A program made the position numbers and the translations under genes. Under the pieces are notes generated by a model, which saw only the letters and a program-made list of their open reading frames with translations, had not been told where the DNA came from and did not search any database. A stretch of 64,000 nt of DNA. It comes from Marsupella aquatica (taxonomy: Eukaryota; Plantae; Marchantiophyta). The DNA lies in NCBI GenBank assembly GCA_973895155.1, contig OZ316894.1, positions 17,700,563 to 17,764,562 of the forward strand, written 5' to 3'. Below are positions 60,912 to 64,000 of the stretch, in pieces. Within the stretch, counting starts at the first letter, position 1. Each line of letters opens with the position of its first letter.

Positions 60912-62826
60912 AGGCACCACCAAGCTTCAACCCAACTGCTCCCACAATCCAACCCCGGCTGTTTCTCCAATATGGAAAGGAAAGAAGCACCCTCCTCCTC
61001 GCAGTGTAATCAGATTAGAGTCGCCCCCCTTTCCTGTGAATCAAAGAAGAAGCCCGCAGTGATAAGCCTATAGTCAATTGAAGGTTAACACACACGGCTC
61101 GCAAAAAGAGCCTGCAGCCCGCAGATCTCCCCAGCAAACGAAACGTGAAAGGAATCCTGGACACGGAGGCGAAGCGGGCATATATACACGTAATGAGATC
61201 AGTTCCCGTAACATCGACGCGGGGCGAGATAGGGTAGAGAAGCAAAGCCCTACTCCAAGCCAGGAGATTGCCCACGCGAGGCTTGGTTTGAGCGAGGGAC
61301 AAGGTAGAGGAAAGCGGCGGCAAGAGAAGAGAGAGTGACCTGTCAACGAGGGAGCAGCAGAAACATCTACTTCAAGAACCTAAACATCAGATCTCCACTC
61401 ATTCCTCACGAAACCTCCGGCGTCTTTCACCACAAACACACCTTCGTTCTCGCTTCTTCTTCTCCTGCCGCGAAGGAGGCCGACTCCGTTGCTAGCACGC
61501 CTCACACTCAGCGGAGGAGTTCCCAGCGAGATGGCGCAGCGGGAGTGGCTCGACACGAAAATCACACCTACACGATTGCAAGCACAAACAACTGACTGAC
61601 GACCACCAGCGATGCATGCGAAGAACATTCAAGAACCAGAGACGACCCCAGGAGGAGAAGAAGTGCTCAGGTCACGAACCCTCCCGGCCTAGAGGCGACA
61701 GGGCAGAACGAACGCTGACGAAGGATATAGACGAAGAGAATCAACCGCCCGCCAGCAAGCCAGCCAGACCTCTGCCTCTCCTCCTCCTTTCTCTCTCTCT
61801 CTCTTTTCCTCTCCCCTCTCCCCTCTCCCTCTCAACTCAATCAACAACGTAGACCAAGCGCGAGCGAGCGAGGAGCGGAAACAGGGCGGCTGCAGCAGGA
61901 GGAGGGACCGACCGCCATAGCCAACCAGGCAAGCATCCCAAACCCAAGCCCACCCAGTACGTGCTGCACCCTCTCTGACCCAAAGCGGAAAAGGCTTTTC
62001 GCCCTCCCCTCTCCTCGGGGTAGTAGTGGCATTCGCCACCTCTCCATCCAGCAACGACACGACCATACTCCACACTTCGCGCTCTACACTACTGGGTTCC
62101 ATTCACGTTCTTCTGTCCACAACATCCTCCCTTAGATTCCCATCCGACGGCACTCTCCGCTCCAAAAGAAACGAAAACGTCGCGAGCCGGACGTCGACCA
62201 TGCGTTCGTTCCCCGGGACGAATTAATTCATCCATCCTCTGTATCTCCGTTGAGTCCGTTCCGTCACGCGCGGAAGTCCCATTCTCAAAGAAAATGGTTC
62301 CCGTGTTTCGCTCCTCACGGTCGGAGTCCGGTCCAGCAGGTTACCGAGGACGGCTTAGATGACCGTAACCCTCGTCAGAATCAGCTCACGCCGTCGTGAT
62401 TCAAACGACGGTACCGGGAAGAGTTGTCGCCCAGTGGGTCGGATCGGTCGGTCGGACCTAAATACATATACTGTATGCGGCACCATCCGCTTTCCGTACC
62501 CAAGATTCCAGAAACGTCCCAAACGCCCAACTCTCACACCGGGAGGACGATTCTATGAGGCCGGAGCCCTGCAAAAAGGCGGTACCGGTATTTTCGGAAC
62601 AAATATGGTCGGCTCTAGTTCCCGCGGTTCCGCCCGGCCCCACCCCGCCCCGCCCAGTGGAGTGGCCACTCGGGCTGCCCAAGCCTCCTCGGCCCCCAAC
62701 CAGGGCATAGTTCGAGGCTTCTCGAGTTCTGTCTAGGTGAGCTAACAACTTGAGGGGGTTATTACGGGCAATGCCCCCAAAGAAAGCATTGGTTTTACTT
62801 ATTAAAGTCATGTTTGGAAATGCACT

Positions 62827-62963
62827 TTCTTTGAATGACAATAGATTGATAACAAAATTCAGCCCTCTTAGTCATTTTGACATACCGTACATTCTTTGAA
62901 TGACAATAGATGAATAGACTGATAACAAAAATAAATATGCTTATTATTTTGACATACCATACA
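62827..62963. repeat. Degenerate tandem duplication, 2 x ~65-70 bp
   Basis: ttctttgaatgacaataga...tgataacaaaa...attttgacatacc.taca occurs twice. Confidence 0.7.
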
Positions 62964-64000
62964 TGCTATTCTACCTTCCAACTACATACATTTGGTGGGG
63001 CCCTAGAGTTAAGGTCTAGAGACTTCACTCTAGAAGCCTAGATCTCAATTCTAGCTTTTGTTCTTGAATAAGTACTAAGATAAAGGCTGGACACAATCAT
63101 GATGTTTAACTAGAGAGATGAATGGTAACCCATCCCCAGAAGGCCTTATGGGCTGTAATCCTGGAGGGGGTTAGAGCACATGGTTCCCAAGCGAGGAGGG
63201 GTTATTGGGAAAAAAAATCTACCAGCGCTTATCTTTAGAAGTACACATTTTTTTAGCATCAGACAACCCTTAAGCACTTGGGAGGGGGCCTGCACTGCTT
63301 TTAAACAAAGTGAAGTTTTGAAAATCCAGGCCAGATTGGTGTGAAAGGTCCACAGCCTCAGGTTGAGAGGTATGGCGTGTAACCTGTTATAAAAAAAACA
63401 GCCAGATCTGAAAAGATTTGAATAACATTTGTTTGTATTTCAGAAAGATTTGGGCCATAGTACTCTTGCCAGCTTGGTTGGGATATCTTCTAGTCTAAAT
63501 CTGTGTGTTATTGGCAAGGATGGAGACTTGAAAAGGCCATAGTTTTTTAAATATGCAGTGTCCAGTTTCTACTCCATAATTGATTTTCCCTTTATATTTT
63601 CAGGGCATTCTGGGAGCACAATGCCACTTCACATCAGCTCTTTACCAAGATTCTCGTCTACTTTTGCAAAATTTAGGAAAAATAAAAATCTTTCAGGCCC
63701 TCAAGTATAGTAAGATCCTATTTTTGGAGCCTTATGGACAATAATAGTTACTCAAAATTTGAAGTGAAACTCTCTTTTTCTGGGGCATTATTGCCTCTGA
63801 CCTTTCCCCTTGTGAAAGTATTGGTTGTGTGCTGGTATGGGCCCGTTTTCAGGCTGGCATATCATATTCTCTGAGTTTTATTTACTTTTAATAAAATTTC
63901 TTTCCAGGGAAAAACACAAAACATCATGATTGCCCTCAAGAACTCGTCACCAAATAAAAGGTTACCTGAAAATGCTGTCGGCACATGGATTTCCATAGGG

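Overview
Eukaryotic land-plant genomic DNA with GT-AG introns, probably a non-seed plant such as a liverwort or other bryophyte (inference). I can build six protein-coding genes by hand: an intronless methionine gamma-lyase (-), a 7-exon syntaxin SYP81 (-), a 2-exon 117-aa coiled-coil protein of unknown function (+), a COG0523/CobW-family GTPase metallochaperone with an intronless CDS (+), an 8-exon ~2391-aa multidomain chromatin/transcription protein (-), and a 4-exon UBC4/5-type E2 enzyme (-). The window also holds a full-length, very young but coding-defective Ty1/copia element (11672-18167), a tRNA-Ala-like sequence, two copies of a short SINE-like element, a ~270-bp dispersed repeat and many short tandem duplications. 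Two observations stand out. (1) The large protein has the order tandem Agenet - B3 - INO80D/KANSL2-type zf-C3Hc3H - three intact plus two degenerate AP2 domains. (2) The CobW protein has a C-terminal extension resembling the small domain of group II PLP-dependent (aromatic amino acid) decarboxylases, followed by a Cys/His tail. All homology calls are by eye from remembered family motifs and need database confirmation.
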